NCBI GenBank assembly: GCA_049510745.1 | Contig: JBEKYR010000011.1 | Coordinates: forward strand, 64,001 to 128,000 | From: Verrucomicrobiota bacterium | Lineage (GTDB): Bacteria; Verrucomicrobiota; Verrucomicrobiia; Limisphaerales; Palsa-1400 | Direction of reading: 5' to 3' | Length of the DNA stretch: 64,000 nucleotides | Part shown: positions 36,903 through 47,863 of the stretch, one piece after another | Layout of the letters: the number at the start of each line of letters is the position of its first letter | Position numbering within the stretch: the stretch's first letter is position 1 | Notes under the pieces: model-generated | Told to the model about the DNA's origin: nothing | Database searches by the model: none | Seen by the model: only the letters and a program-made list of their open reading frames with translations | Program-made: the position numbers and the translations under genes

Positions 36903-37131
36903 AACACATTGGACGTTAATTGCCATTTCCCCGCGGTCCGGGAGCCGGGATCGAGGATCCGGGAATACTGAGCGAGAGTGCGTCCAGGGCTGCGGAATTA
37001 CAAGGAAAAATCACCCCAAAAAGTAATGCCAAAAAAAATCACGCCGGGAAGCAGGGCGGTGTCTCTGCTTCCCGGCGTGGGCGAAGGAGCGGCCTGGCGG
37101 AACGGGTCTTTTGATCCGCCGGCGCCGCGGG

Positions 37132-40100
37132 TTACGGGCTGACCGAGCCTGTCACTTGATAAAACTGCTGCGGCTGGTTGGTTGCCTGCGAATCGAGGAA
37201 GGAATACGTGCCAAAGGAGACTTCTGTCGGATGGCCCAGATTCTGCCATTGGGGCAACGGCAACGCCAGGTTGGTCGTGCTCCACACGGTGAAGTCGGCG
37301 GCGGCGCCCGGAGTGCTGGTGAAGCTGAATTGCAGGCCGGCATTGGTTCCGCTGGTGCCACTGCCGTTGAATGTGACTCCGCTCAACGTCGGCGCCGCCA
37401 GCGCGTTGCTGGCCGCGTAGAAGTTCAGGTTGTCAATGGCGTAACCGTTGCCGCTGCCGCTGCCGTAAAAGTCAATCGACCATATCAACCAGAGAGCGCC
37501 GCCGGGGGTCCAGGGACTGGCCAGCGCCAGGTTGTTGGTTCCAAGATCGATTTGATTGCCCGGTTGCGTGCCATCAACCGTGGTGACGACAGGAGCGGTC
37601 GGGAAGCTGAAAAACAGATTCGACACCGGGACCGCGTTGGAGATGGACTCCGCTGTCAACAGGAAATCGGACGCGGTCGGGTCCAGCGTGTAGCCAAAGG
37701 ACATGACGCGCGACCCCGTGCCGTTGTGCCACAGTTCGCCGATGAAACTGAGCGAGATGTAGTTCAACGGGCTGCCGGATTGGTTGACCAGTTTCAGGGC
37801 AAAGGTGGTCGAGCCGGTGGAGCCGGTGGAAAGCAAGCCCAGGGCGCGGTTCGTTCCGTTGACGCCGTTGTTGTCGTTGGGGCCGAAATCAATCACGCCG
37901 CCGGTGGTTTGATCGCCGTCCTGCGCTCCGAAACGGCTGATGCCATCCACGCCGGGAAACAACATGTCCGCCGCGCCGTACCAGCCGGGCATGGTGTTGG
38001 ACAGGCCCAGGCCGCCCACATAACTGCTGTTGATGACGGGGTAGGCAAAGTCAAACGGATTGGCCAGCGAGTAGCTCAGGCCGGCGATGCTGCCCGGGTC
38101 CTGGGGGTTGTTGATGCTGTTGACCGAATTGCTGCCGGGGTCGGGCAGAGAGTCGAAGGTCTGAAGATAGAATTGATTGCTGTAAGCGACGAAGGAATGC
38201 GGGGGCGGGACCAGCACCGTGACGGTGGCGACCTGGCTGGTCACACTGCCTCCGCCATTGCTGATGACAAGCTTGTAGGAACCCGCGTCGCCCGAGCCGA
38301 CGGGATTAATCGTCAAAGTATTCCCGGCCGAGCCGCTGAATTCGTTCACATCGCTCAAGGGCGTGCCGCCCTTGTACCATTGATTGGTCAGCGGCGGAGT
38401 GCCGCCCGCCTGGGTGGCGGTCAACGAGGCGCTCAGGCCGACGAAAGTTGTGACCGATTGCGGCTGCCCGGCGGTAATGGTGGCGACATGATACTTCACC
38501 GCCAGCACATCGACGAGGTTGGAGGCAAAGCCCGCCGCATTGCTTGCCACCAGATAGTAACTGCCGCTATCGGAGGTCAACAAGTTCGAGATGGTGAGCG
38601 ACGGGCCGGCTGAACCGGCGTACTTCGTTCCGTCGGTCAACGGAGCGCCACCGTAATACCATTGGAAGGTGAACGGCTCGGTGCCGGTCGGCGAGATGGC
38701 GGCGAAGGCCGCCAGGCCGTTGACATAGGCCGTCACGTTGGCCGGGGCGTTGGTGATGAGCGGGGCCTGGGGCGTCAAAGACACCGTCAAAAGGGCCGGC
38801 GGCGCGCTGGTCACAACCCCATACTGGTTGGAAACCACGCATTGATACGTGTCTCCATCATAATTGGTGTCCAGGTTGATTAACGAAAGAGAGGCGTTGG
38901 TCTCGTCCGTCAGACTGCTGCCATTTTGCAGCCACTGATAGCTCAAAGGATAGACGGAGTCGGCCGCGACGGTAAAGGTGGCGCTGCCGCCATTGGTCGT
39001 CGAGTAATTGGCCGGCTCGGAGGTGATCAACGGCGTCAGGTCGGGCGAAAAATCAAGGCCGCGGAAGACTTCGTTGGTGGTGGTGGCCGTGGCCAGGGTC
39101 TGAGCGACCAGGTTCGTGCCGGGGTTGCCGCTGTCCACGACGCGGATGAGGCGGTTCTGGTTGGGATTGCCCTGGCTATTGTTGACGGGGGCGGTGCCGG
39201 TTTCCATGGTCGAGGCATAGATGATGGGATTGGGGCCGCTGAAATCCACGCAGATGCCAAAGCAGCCTTGCGTGGCGGTTTTCTGTTTGGTCGTGCCCAG
39301 ATTTGTGGCGCTGAAATAATACGGCGCCGGCAGCCAGGCGCCATTGGTGTTGACAAATTTCACAATGCCGAACGTTTGATCCGCGCCATAGGCGATTGTG
39401 CCCGCGGGGTTCATGTCGAAATTGGCGATGTTCTTGTAGGTCGTGCCCCAATTGAGGAACAGGTTTGTCAGGACGAGGTGTTCCACCGGGTTGGGGACAT
39501 CCGGATCATAAGGCAAGGGCACGACGGCATCGTTGTTTTGGGGGTCCACAAAATTATAGACGCCGCCGCCGGGGACGACCACATAAAGAGTGCCGTTGAT
39601 GATGCGGGCCTCAGCCGCCGCCTGGATGTAGTTTTGCAGTTCGATGGGTGTGGGAGACTCCTGGGCATTGTAAAAAAGGGTGCCGGCCGCCTCGGAACTG
39701 GTTCCCGTCACATTGCCGGTCCCCCAGAAATTGGTTCCATCGGCCGTGGCAATGCCGGTGGGATTATTCTGGGTCACTCCCAGAGGCAGTCCGAACCAAT
39801 TAGCCAGGTCCTGATATAGAATCTGTTCATTGCCAAAGGCATCCACAATGCCAAAACCGCGGTAAACTGTCGGGTCCGAAGACGGTTTGGCATTGGTCGG
39901 GCTGAGAATGTTGCCCGTATAACCTTGGAGGGCCAGGAACTCACGATTGGCCGCGCGGGAAATGCCGCCGCCTTCCGAGCCGGCATGAGCGTTGATCCAA
40001 ATGCCATTGGGGGCGTTGGTCGGCAACGTGAGCGAATAGAACGGCGCCGCCTGGTTGTTGGTGACCGGGTCAAATATCTGCACGAAACAAGGCTGCACCC

Positions 40101-40248
40101 TGGAGGTGCTGATGTTGTAATTGGTGTTGGGAAGCCCCGCTTTGAACACGGCCAGTTTCCCGGGCGGAATGACAATGTTGCTGTTTTGAGCCTGCGCTCC
40201 CAGCGCAAAAACAAGGGCCATCCCCGAAGCAAATAATAGTTTCTTCAT
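37132..40248 (-). CDS. Large secreted protein with three Ig-like domains and a C-terminal STTNL..W..F.D..TN..FY module
   Basis: Signal peptide; three P.IT..P....G..A.F....P..YQW..G...D.G.Y repeats; Thr/Asn/Gly-rich. Confidence 0.85.
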   Translation of the reverse strand: MKKLLFASGMALVFALGAQAQNSNIVIPPGKLAVFKAGLPNTNYNISTSRVQPCFVQIFDPVTNNQAAPFYSLTLPTNAPNGIWINAHAGSEGGGISRAANREFLALQGYTGNILSPTNAKPSSDPTVYRGFGIVDAFGNEQILYQDLANWFGLPLGVTQNNPTGIATADGTNFWGTGNVTGTSSEAAGTLFYNAQESPTPIELQNYIQAAAEARIINGTLYVVVPGGGVYNFVDPQNNDAVVPLPYDPDVPNPVEHLVLTNLFLNWGTTYKNIANFDMNPAGTIAYGADQTFGIVKFVNTNGAWLPAPYYFSATNLGTTKQKTATQGCFGICVDFSGPNPIIYASTMETGTAPVNNSQGNPNQNRLIRVVDSGNPGTNLVAQTLATATTTNEVFRGLDFSPDLTPLITSEPANYSTTNGGSATFTVAADSVYPLSYQWLQNGSSLTDETNASLSLINLDTNYDGDTYQCVVSNQYGVVTSAPPALLTVSLTPQAPLITNAPANVTAYVNGLAAFAAISPTGTEPFTFQWYYGGAPLTDGTKYAGSAGPSLTISNLLTSDSGSYYLVASNAAGFASNLVDVLAVKYHVATITAGQPQSVTTFVGLSASLTATQAGGTPPLTNQWYKGGTPLSDVNEFSGSAGNTLTINPVGSGDAGSYKLVISNGGGSVTSQVATVTVLVPPPHSFVAYSNQFYLQTFDSLPDPGSNSVNSINNPQDPGSIAGLSYSLANPFDFAYPVINSSYVGGLGLSNTMPGWYGAADMLFPGVDGISRFGAQDGDQTTGGVIDFGPNDNNGVNGTNRALGLLSTGSTGSTTFALKLVNQSGSPLNYISLSFIGELWHNGTGSRVMSFGYTLDPTASDFLLTAESISNAVPVSNLFFSFPTAPVVTTVDGTQPGNQIDLGTNNLALASPWTPGGALWLIWSIDFYGSGSGNGYAIDNLNFYAASNALAAPTLSGVTFNGSGTSGTNAGLQFSFTSTPGAAADFTVWSTTNLALPLPQWQNLGHPTEVSFGTYSFLDSQATNQPQQFYQVTGSVSP

Positions 40249-40306
40249 GAGTTTAATTTGTGTTGAAAAGTTTCTTCAAAGACGCCGCCGAGTAAAACAA
40301 ACCCAC

Positions 40307-40390
40307 GTTACAGAAAAAGGGCCGGAGAGTGACGATTGCGTGAACTTTTATTGGGAAGCGCCCCGCCGCAAGTTTAACACATTCGTAACA
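40307..40390. promoter_or_regulatory. OmpR/PhoB-type 11-bp-phased direct repeats (Pho-box-like) in a divergent promoter region
   Basis: Minus strand TTCAC/GTCAC/GTAAC spaced 11 and 22 bp (40340, 40329, 40307); plus strand TTAACA-N5-GTAACA (40374, 40385). Confidence 0.5.
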
Positions 40391-40467
40391 ATTCCGACAC
40401 CTGATCGCAATTGAAGCCGTTTACATTTCGCGCGTTGTCGGCTGTTAGCCAATCCGGACTTTAAACT

Positions 40468-41304
40468 ATGAACGCGAACGATAGACGCGCCTTTACGCTG
40501 ATTGAATTGCTGGTGGTGATCGCGATTATCGCGATCCTGGCCGCCCTGCTCCTGCCCGCCCTGGCCAGGGCCAAGGAACAGGCCAAACGCACCCGCTGCC
40601 TCAACAATTTAAAGCAATGGGGCCAGGCCTCGAGCATGTACGTGGATGACAACAACCAGGTCTTTCCGGAGACAAAAATCCCCAGCAGCACGCCCGGCGC
40701 GCCGCCCGGTTACAACGAGGACAACCCTTCCTGGACGGATTTGGCGGAATTCTATTTCAGCAGTCCGCCGCAAGGAATGGACGCGTGGTTTAACGCCCTG
40801 CCACCCTACATTGCGAGCAAACCCCTCTATTTCTATAAGGCCGTCGAGAACGGCAACGAGGGAGTGGACAATTTCAACGCGGGCGGAAACATTTTCACCT
40901 GTCCCACGGCAAAAATCGACCCGCTGGTCAACGTCAATATCCGGGTCGCCTTTCAGTATGGGATGAATTCGAAGGCGCTGGACGAAGCGCCCAGCGGCGT
41001 CGTTTACCTCAAATCCCGGATGATTGCCCGTCCCTCCAGTTTCGTCCTGTTCTCCGAAGGCCGCACGCTCGTCAGCGAGACCCCCTTTTATGGCAGCGTG
41101 GCCAAGGAGACCGACATCTGCAAACCCCAGGTCTATACGACGGCGTTCTCCTCCCGGCACATGGCCGGCGGGTGCATCACCTTCAGCGACGATCACGCAG
41201 CCTGGTTCAAGTATGCTTACGTTTGCCTGAATACCCCCTCCAAAGCCGCCGATCCGGGACGCCCGGACATCAATTGGGCCGCCGACGGCCACCGAGTGCC
41301 CTGA
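40468..41304 (+). CDS. Prepilin-type N-terminal cleavage/methylation protein with H-X9-DG-like motif (DUF1559-like)
   Basis: [28 protein letters not shown]....C.NNLKQ; RH..G..I.F.D.H. Confidence 0.92.
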   Translation: MNANDRRAFTLIELLVVIAIIAILAALLLPALARAKEQAKRTRCLNNLKQWGQASSMYVDDNNQVFPETKIPSSTPGAPPGYNEDNPSWTDLAEFYFSSPPQGMDAWFNALPPYIASKPLYFYKAVENGNEGVDNFNAGGNIFTCPTAKIDPLVNVNIRVAFQYGMNSKALDEAPSGVVYLKSRMIARPSSFVLFSEGRTLVSETPFYGSVAKETDICKPQVYTTAFSSRHMAGGCITFSDDHAAWFKYAYVCLNTPSKAADPGRPDINWAADGHRVP

Positions 41305-41338
41305 TTGGGAAATCAGCGATTGAAAATTTGTTGGCGGC

Positions 41339-42541
41339 TCACCGCGCCACTTCAAACGCGAACCCTTTCAGATATTCCGTTTCCGGCACCGCCGGCAGGA
41401 TCGGGTGATCGGGCGATTGGGTGAACACCGCCACGCGGCGCAGGACGCGCCGGGCGTCAAACGCCGCGTCCAGAATCACGCTTTCAAACAGCGCCGCATC
41501 GACGTGGTGCGAACAGCAAAAAGTCGCCAGCGTGCCGCCGGGTTTCAAGAGCTTGAGCGCGCGCAGGTGGATTTCCTTGTAGCCGCGCAGGGCGTCGTCC
41601 ACCGCCGCGCGCGTGCGGGTGAACGACGGCGGGTCCAGGATGATGGCGTCAAACCTGGGGATGACCTTCTCGTGCGGCTTGACCGCCGTGCGTTCCTTGA
41701 GCCAGTCAAAGACATTGACGGTTTCGACGGAGCATTTGCCGGCCAGACCGTTGGCGGCGGCGTGGCGCGCGGCGGCGGCGCACGCCTCGGCGCTTTGCTC
41801 CAGGCAATGGACCTGCGCCGCCCCGGCGCGCGCGCAGTGCAGGGCAAAGCCGCCCAAAAAACTGAAGCAGTCCAGGACCTGGCCGCTGTTGGCCAGGCCG
41901 GCGACCAGCGCGTAGTTTTTTTGCTGGTCCAGATAAAGGCCGGTCTTGTGCCCGCCGAGAATATCGACGTCGAATTTCAAGCCGTTCAGCTCAATCCGCA
42001 CCGGGCCGTCGAGCGCGCCGCTGAGCAGGCCGTTGGTGTCCGGCAGACCCTCGAATTTCCGAAAGGCCGCTTCACTGCGCTCGACAATGGCGCGGGGCGC
42101 GAAGAGCGCCTGCAACGCCTCCACGATCATCGGCTTGCGCTGGTCCATGCCCAGCGATGAAATTTGCAGCACCAGCACCTCGGCGTATTTGTCGATGATC
42201 AACCCGCTCAGAAAATCGCTCTCGGCGTTGACGACGCGGAAGGAAGTGGCGCCGGGCAGGTGTTTTTGGCGCACGGCCAACGCGGCGCGGATGCGGCTCT
42301 GGAAAAAATCCGTGTTGACGGCGACGCGTTCGGGATCGAGCACCCGCACCTGGATTTTCGATTTGGAATTGTAGAAGCCGACGCCCAGGAAGCGTTGCCG
42401 GTGGTCCTTGATCTGCACCAGCGCGCCATCGGCGGCGGGAGCGGTCGAGCGCAGAATCGAACCGGCGTAAATCCAGGGATGCCCGGCCAGGACGCGGTCC
42501 GCGGCGCCCGGTTTCAACAAAACAGTCGGTGTTGTTTCCAT
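41339..42541 (-). CDS. RlmI-like class I SAM-dependent rRNA methyltransferase
   Basis: GHPWIY, RVVNAESD.L.GL..D.Y, GHKTG.YLDQ, VLD.FS..GGF, ILDPP.F, D.P......YLK. Confidence 0.9.
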   Translation of the reverse strand: METTPTVLLKPGAADRVLAGHPWIYAGSILRSTAPAADGALVQIKDHRQRFLGVGFYNSKSKIQVRVLDPERVAVNTDFFQSRIRAALAVRQKHLPGATSFRVVNAESDFLSGLIIDKYAEVLVLQISSLGMDQRKPMIVEALQALFAPRAIVERSEAAFRKFEGLPDTNGLLSGALDGPVRIELNGLKFDVDILGGHKTGLYLDQQKNYALVAGLANSGQVLDCFSFLGGFALHCARAGAAQVHCLEQSAEACAAAARHAAANGLAGKCSVETVNVFDWLKERTAVKPHEKVIPRFDAIILDPPSFTRTRAAVDDALRGYKEIHLRALKLLKPGGTLATFCCSHHVDAALFESVILDAAFDARRVLRRVAVFTQSPDHPILPAVPETEYLKGFAFEVAR

Positions 42542-42653
42542 AAATTGGGGGAACGGTTTGTCACCCGGCTGGCAGAATACCGTAAAAGCCGCCATAGTCC
42601 AACGGCATTGCGGGAATTGCGCACGCCGCCGCTTTTGTCAATGATGGCGGTGG

Positions 42654-44258
42654 ATGGATTGCATCATCGTCAACGCCGCTGTGCGCACGATGGCGGACGC
42701 CCCTCACCCGGCGCGCGCCACGGCCGTCGCGGTCCGCGGCAATCGCATCAGCCGGGTGGGCGAAAGCGGCGAGATTCGCGCGCTGGCGGGGAAAAATACG
42801 CGCGTCATCGACGCCCGCCGCCAGTTGCTCCTGCCGGGGTTCAACGACGCGCACGTGCATTTTCTTGACGGCGGATTTTCGTTGTCGAATGTCAGCCTGC
42901 GCGATGCTGGTTCGACGGCGGAGTTTATCCGGCGCATCGCCGGGCACGCCCGAAAAACGCCGCCGGGGAAATGGATCATCGGCGGCGAGTGGGACCACGA
43001 ACGGTGGCCGGGCGCGCCGCTGCCCACCCGGCAAATGATCGACGCCGTCACGCCGGACAACCCTGTTTTTCTCAGCCGCCTGGATGGACACATGGCGCTG
43101 GCCAATGGACTGGCGCTGAAATTGGCGGGCGTGACCCGGCAAATCCAGGATGTGCCGGGCGGCTCGGTGGTGCGCGATCCCGCCACGGGCGAACCGACCG
43201 GCCTTTTGAAGGACGCGGCCATGGATTATGTCCGGCGCGTTGTTCCGCGGCCCGGCGCGGCGGAAAAAAAGGAGGCCGCGCGTCGCGCCACCGATTACGC
43301 CGCGCAATTGGGCGTCACCAGCGTGCAGGATGTTTTGGCCGGCGACGATGTGGAAATTTATCGCGCGCTGGCGGAGAGCGGCGAGTTGAAGACGCGCGTC
43401 TATGGCCTCCATCCCATCGCGCGCTGGGAGGAATTGGCCGCCAAAAAGGAGCGCCCGCAATCCGCCACCGGCATGGTCCGCACCGGCGGCGTCAAAGGTT
43501 TTGCCGACGGCAGCCTCGGCTCGGCGACCGCCTTTTTCTTCGAGCCTTACCTGGACGATCCGAAGAATTGCGGTTTGGCCGGCGAACAAATGTTTCCGGA
43601 AGGCGCGATGCTGCGGCGCGTCCTGGGCGCGGACCGGGCCGGCCTGCAAGTGGCCCTGCACGCCATCGGCGACCGCGCCAATTTTGAAGTCCTGAACCTG
43701 TTCCAAACCGCCGCCGAACAAAATGGCCCGCGCGACCGGCGGTTCCGCATCGAACACGCGCAGCATCTGCGGCGCGCCGACATCCCCCGCTTTGGGCGGC
43801 AACGGGTCATCGCCTCGGTGCAGCCGTATCACGCCATCGACGACGGGCGCTGGTGCCAGCGGCGCCTGGGGCCGGAGCGCTTGCGGGGGACGTACGCGTT
43901 TCGCTCGTTGCTGGACGCGGGCGCGACGCTGGCGCTGGGCACGGACTGGGTGGTCGCGCCGCTGGACCCGATGCTGACGCTTTTCGCGGCGGTCACGCGC
44001 CGCACGCTGGACGGCCAGCATCCCGGCGGCTGGCTGCCGGAACAGAAGGTGACCGTCGGGGAAGCGGTGCGGGCCTACACCGCCGGGTCGGCCTGGGCGG
44101 AGTTCGCCGAGGGCTGGAAAGGGAGGATCGTTCCCGGCCAGGCGGCCGATCTTGTTTTGCTTGACAGAAATATCTTTGAAATCGCGCCGGAGGAAATTCC
44201 CACCGTGCGCGTCGCGCTCACGATGGTGGACGGGCGGGTGGTTTGGGAGAGGCGGTGA
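42654..44258 (+). CDS. Amidohydrolase family 3 (YtcJ-like) metallo-hydrolase
   Basis: [12 protein letters not shown]...AN, K.FADGSLG, HAIGD.A, RIEHAQ, GTDW. Confidence 0.92.
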   Translation: MDCIIVNAAVRTMADAPHPARATAVAVRGNRISRVGESGEIRALAGKNTRVIDARRQLLLPGFNDAHVHFLDGGFSLSNVSLRDAGSTAEFIRRIAGHARKTPPGKWIIGGEWDHERWPGAPLPTRQMIDAVTPDNPVFLSRLDGHMALANGLALKLAGVTRQIQDVPGGSVVRDPATGEPTGLLKDAAMDYVRRVVPRPGAAEKKEAARRATDYAAQLGVTSVQDVLAGDDVEIYRALAESGELKTRVYGLHPIARWEELAAKKERPQSATGMVRTGGVKGFADGSLGSATAFFFEPYLDDPKNCGLAGEQMFPEGAMLRRVLGADRAGLQVALHAIGDRANFEVLNLFQTAAEQNGPRDRRFRIEHAQHLRRADIPRFGRQRVIASVQPYHAIDDGRWCQRRLGPERLRGTYAFRSLLDAGATLALGTDWVVAPLDPMLTLFAAVTRRTLDGQHPGGWLPEQKVTVGEAVRAYTAGSAWAEFAEGWKGRIVPGQAADLVLLDRNIFEIAPEEIPTVRVALTMVDGRVVWERR

Positions 44259-44259
44259 G

Positions 44260-44910
44260 TTACGGCGGATTGTCTTGCAGCCAGGTGTCGATCGAGGCGG
44301 ACCACTGGTCCCAATTGGTGCCGTTGTCCTCCTGGATGAGCAGTTCGAGCATCTCGCGGGCCTGATCTTTGAGCGGATGCTCGTCGTCGCGGGCGACAGC
44401 CAGGAGCATTGGCAGCTTGAGCGCGTTGTTGCGGTTGAGCAGATCGTTGAGCAGCACGGACGAAACGGCGGAGGGCGTGGCCGAGTTGGTCAGCAATTGG
44501 GCGGCGCCATCGTAATGGTCGTCCTGCACCATGTTGACCAGGTGCTGCGACAACTCGACTTGCGCATCGGGCGGGGCGGTGGGGATCAGGGCCAGGATGT
44601 GGTCGGCCTTGGCGTTGTCCTCGTCGCTGGAGAGAAGAATGTCATCGAGTTTTTGTTCCCAATCGGCCGTCCCCGGCGCGAGCATGGGATCGGTGGTGGG
44701 CGGCGTGGGCGGCGGCTGGGAGGCGGCGGGTTTGGTTTCCGCCACAGGCGGGGCGACCGGCAACGCGATGGGCGGCGGATTGGTGCTGGGCGGAACCGCA
44801 ATAGGCTGGACGGCGCCCCGGCGGCTGACCAGCCAGCCGAGCAAAATCCCCGCGCCCCCGGCCAGCGCCAGCACAGCGACCACCCTCGCCACCTTTGCCA
44901 AATTAGTCAT
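44260..44910 (-). CDS. Membrane-anchored hypothetical protein (TM, Pro-rich linker, acidic helical domain)
   Basis: 216 aa, host-like codon usage, TTGACC...AAGACT promoter just upstream of the ATG. Confidence 0.72.
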   Translation of the reverse strand: MTNLAKVARVVAVLALAGGAGILLGWLVSRRGAVQPIAVPPSTNPPPIALPVAPPVAETKPAASQPPPTPPTTDPMLAPGTADWEQKLDDILLSSDEDNAKADHILALIPTAPPDAQVELSQHLVNMVQDDHYDGAAQLLTNSATPSAVSSVLLNDLLNRNNALKLPMLLAVARDDEHPLKDQAREMLELLIQEDNGTNWDQWSASIDTWLQDNPP

Positions 44911-45173
44911 GCCTCAGTCTTACAAATTAACCCCAGGAGGTCAATTTCGTTGCGGCGGGATGTTGCCCGCCGGGGGCATCTCAACTTTTGGACAATCCCC
45001 AGGCCGGGACGCCACCGCAACGCGCAGGCAGGATCGATCCCTCCCGCCGGCTGGTCCGCCAAAGCCTTGGCGACGGCGGACATCTCACCGGCCGAAATCA
45101 GGGCGCGGCACCAAGCGCCATTTGGTGGACAGAGTGAGGGCATCGCCATGGATTCATGGCGAATTCAGAATTG

Positions 45174-45210
45174 AGACTCCCCGCATTGAAAGCCGCAATG
45201 CGGGGAGTCT
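45174..45210. repeat. Perfect 15-bp hairpin (terminator or REP-like)
   Basis: AGACTCCCCGCATTG-aaagccg-CAATGCGGGGAGTCT. Confidence 0.75.
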
Positions 45211-45386
45211 AACTTCAAATTTCCCCTCTGTCGAGAAAAATTTGGAATCCGGGCGGGCCGACGGGCGTATCTCGGTTTTTGGACTTCCTGCGACCATGTC
45301 CGATCCCTGCCAAAAACTGAGATGCGCGCTTGCCCGCCGCGGCTGAAGGCTGTGGGTTCGTCAGATAACGTCCACTGGATGGGACG

Positions 45387-45605
45387 TTATCCAAACATCG
45401 AGTTGCTTGAATCGCTGCTTGAGTTTCGCCTTGGGGCGGGACCAATCACTGTGAACTTAATTCCTTGCTCTGCCAGGAAACTCAGGGCCGGGGCCGGCAC
45501 AGCCGTCTCGCCCGAGGCCCAGCTTTTGCCGGAGAACCGCGGAATGAGTTTGCCGAGCGCCCGTTGCTCGGTTTCCTTGTCTTGAAACTGAATGAGAATC
45601 TGCAT
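45387..45605 (-). CDS. Small hypothetical protein (72 aa)
   Basis: MQILIQF.D...E.RALG.L..RFS.KSW..GE..VP..AL..LA..GI.FTV.GP; TTGCCA-17-TAGTTT-5-ATG; a 10-bp hairpin (45364-45391) overlaps the stop. Confidence 0.65.
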   Translation of the reverse strand: MQILIQFQDKETEQRALGKLIPRFSGKSWASGETAVPAPALSFLAEQGIKFTVIGPAPRRNSSSDSSNSMFG

Positions 45606-45688
45606 AGCCCAAACTAATTTGAAACGCACCTTCTGGCAAGGCGGATGACGTTGTGGCTGATAACAGCCGCTGCCTTCAGGCTGCTTCG

Positions 45689-47863
45689 TCAGGCGCGCAA
45701 GCCGTCCGGTGCAAGCGGCAGGGAGCGGAGACGGATGTTTGCGGCGTCGAAAATGGCGTTTGCAACGGCGGGGGCGATGCAAACGATGGGCGTTTCGCCC
45801 GCGCCGGCGGAGGGGATGTCTTTGCGGTCGATGAGCACGACTTCGATTTTGGGCAGGTCGGTGAAGCGCGGGACGCGGTAATCGGAGAGGCGCGGGTTGG
45901 TCACTTTGCCGTTTTCAAATTCAATGGCCTCAAAGAGCGCGCCGCCCAGGCCCATCACCAAGGCTCCCTCCACCTGGTTTTTCAGGTGATTAGGATTGAC
46001 AACAGCTCCGCAGTCGAAGGCGCTGACGGCGCGGAGCACTCTGACGGTCCCGCTTTCCTGGTCGGTGAGAACCTCGGCGCAGGTGGCCACGTAGGAGCCT
46101 TTTTCGGTGCCGCCGGCCAGGCCGATGCCGCGTCCGTTGCCGCTCTTGGCCGCGCGCCAGCCGAAAGTGTCGGCGGCGGCTTGGAGGACAGCGCGCAGGC
46201 GGGGATCCTTCAGGTTTTTGAGGCGGAAATCCAGCGGGTCCATTTTGACGGCGTGGGCCAGTTCGTCGATGTGCGATTCGCGGGCGAAATGATTGGCGGT
46301 CGCAGCCAGGGCGCGGTAGGAGCCTTGGCGCAGAGGGGAGCGGGAGGGGTGAAATTCGGATTTCTGATTCGGCACGTCGTAGGGGCAGCGCAGGCCGGAG
46401 TTGCCGGAGTTGTAATTGTAGGCCTCCCAGGCGGTTAACGTGCCGTCGTCGCGCGCGCCGCTGGAGATGTCGATGAGGCCGGCGGGGCGGAAATAGGCCC
46501 AGGTGAATTCTTCTTGACGCGTCCAGACCAGTTTGACCGGCTGGCCCGCCGCTTTCGCCAGTCGGGCGGCTTCGATGGCGGCTTCGCCGGAGTGTTTGCC
46601 GCCGTAACCGGCGCCGGTGTCGGGCACGATGACGTGAACGCTCTCTTCCGGGAGGCCAAAGGCTTCCGCCAGCTCGGAGCGCACGCCAAAGGGGCGCTGC
46701 GAGCCGGTCCACACGGTCAGTTTGCCGCCCTCCCATTGGGCCGCCGCGGCGCGCGGTTCCAAGGGCACGTGGGCGATGTAAGCAACGGTGTAGGTGGCTT
46801 GCAGTTTGTGCGAGGCGGCGTTCAAACCTTCCTCGATTGAGCCGGCGTTGTCACCGCCGCCGCGCCCCTCGCCGCGCCCGCCGCCGGCGCTGGCATTCTT
46901 GCGGAGGTAATCGAAAAGTTCGGCGCTGGAAGGCTGCGGTTTGACGCTCCATTTGGCGCGGAGGGCGTCGAGGGCGTGGTTGGCGGAAACCTCGTCCGGC
47001 GCGGTCACGCCGATAAAATCGCCGTCGCGCACGACCGTGACTCCCGGTATCTGCTCCGCCGCGGACGTGTCCAGCGATTCGATTGTAGCCTGAAAGGCAG
47101 AGGGGCGCAGGATCTTGCCGTGGAGCATTCCGGGCAGTTTGGTGTCCGAAGCGTATTTATGTTTGCCGGTGACAAAGTCGCGGCCATCGACTTTGGCGAC
47201 GGACGTGCCCGCGATCTTCCAATCCTTGGCCGGCGTGGCGGGGGCGTCGCCGTTGACCGATCTGACCAGCTTCTGTCCCTTGGTCAACTGGCCGAAAGTG
47301 ACGGAGTCGGCCCCGCCGGATTTCGATATTTTTCCATCGGCGCACAGCAGCGTGGAACGGCTGGCTTTGAAGTGATCGGCGGCCAGGTCCAACAACGCTT
47401 CGCGGGCGGCGGCGGCGATGTTGTGCAGGCGGGAAGCCATCTGCGGCGTCGTCATGCTGCCGAAGGTGCCCATATCGAAGGGGGTCAATTGCGTGTCGGC
47501 CATGACGAGTTTGATGGAGGCGGCGGGCAGGCGCAATTCCTCGGCGACCGCCTGGGTCAGGGAGGTGCGGATGTTTTGCCCGACTTCCGCTTTGCCGGTG
47601 AAAACGGTGACGGCGCCATCTTCGCCGATATGAAGCCAGGCGTTGATGTCGGCGGGGACTTGGCCGCCGCGACCGCCGCGCCGTCTGGCGCCGCCGGATT
47701 CCTGGGCAAGGGCCGGGCTGGCGACGCACAAGACGAGCAGGCCGCCGCCGAGCAGCTTGAAGAATTGGCGGCGGTCCACCGCGAAATGGTAGCGGCGCGC
47801 TTCGCGCAGTTCATAGCGTTCCGGTTCGAGGAGCAATTCGTCGGGTGGATCCAGGGGATTCAT
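45689..47863 (-). CDS. Xanthine dehydrogenase family molybdopterin-binding subunit (IorB-like)
   Basis: RRQFFK Tat-like motif, GKAEVGQ.IRT.L.Q..AEEL, GT.GS, G.GYGGK, Q.EG...MG.G.AL, GAGE.P. Confidence 0.92.
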   Translation of the reverse strand: MNPLDPPDELLLEPERYELREARRYHFAVDRRQFFKLLGGGLLVLCVASPALAQESGGARRRGGRGGQVPADINAWLHIGEDGAVTVFTGKAEVGQNIRTSLTQAVAEELRLPAASIKLVMADTQLTPFDMGTFGSMTTPQMASRLHNIAAAAREALLDLAADHFKASRSTLLCADGKISKSGGADSVTFGQLTKGQKLVRSVNGDAPATPAKDWKIAGTSVAKVDGRDFVTGKHKYASDTKLPGMLHGKILRPSAFQATIESLDTSAAEQIPGVTVVRDGDFIGVTAPDEVSANHALDALRAKWSVKPQPSSAELFDYLRKNASAGGGRGEGRGGGDNAGSIEEGLNAASHKLQATYTVAYIAHVPLEPRAAAAQWEGGKLTVWTGSQRPFGVRSELAEAFGLPEESVHVIVPDTGAGYGGKHSGEAAIEAARLAKAAGQPVKLVWTRQEEFTWAYFRPAGLIDISSGARDDGTLTAWEAYNYNSGNSGLRCPYDVPNQKSEFHPSRSPLRQGSYRALAATANHFARESHIDELAHAVKMDPLDFRLKNLKDPRLRAVLQAAADTFGWRAAKSGNGRGIGLAGGTEKGSYVATCAEVLTDQESGTVRVLRAVSAFDCGAVVNPNHLKNQVEGALVMGLGGALFEAIEFENGKVTNPRLSDYRVPRFTDLPKIEVVLIDRKDIPSAGAGETPIVCIAPAVANAIFDAANIRLRSLPLAPDGLRA

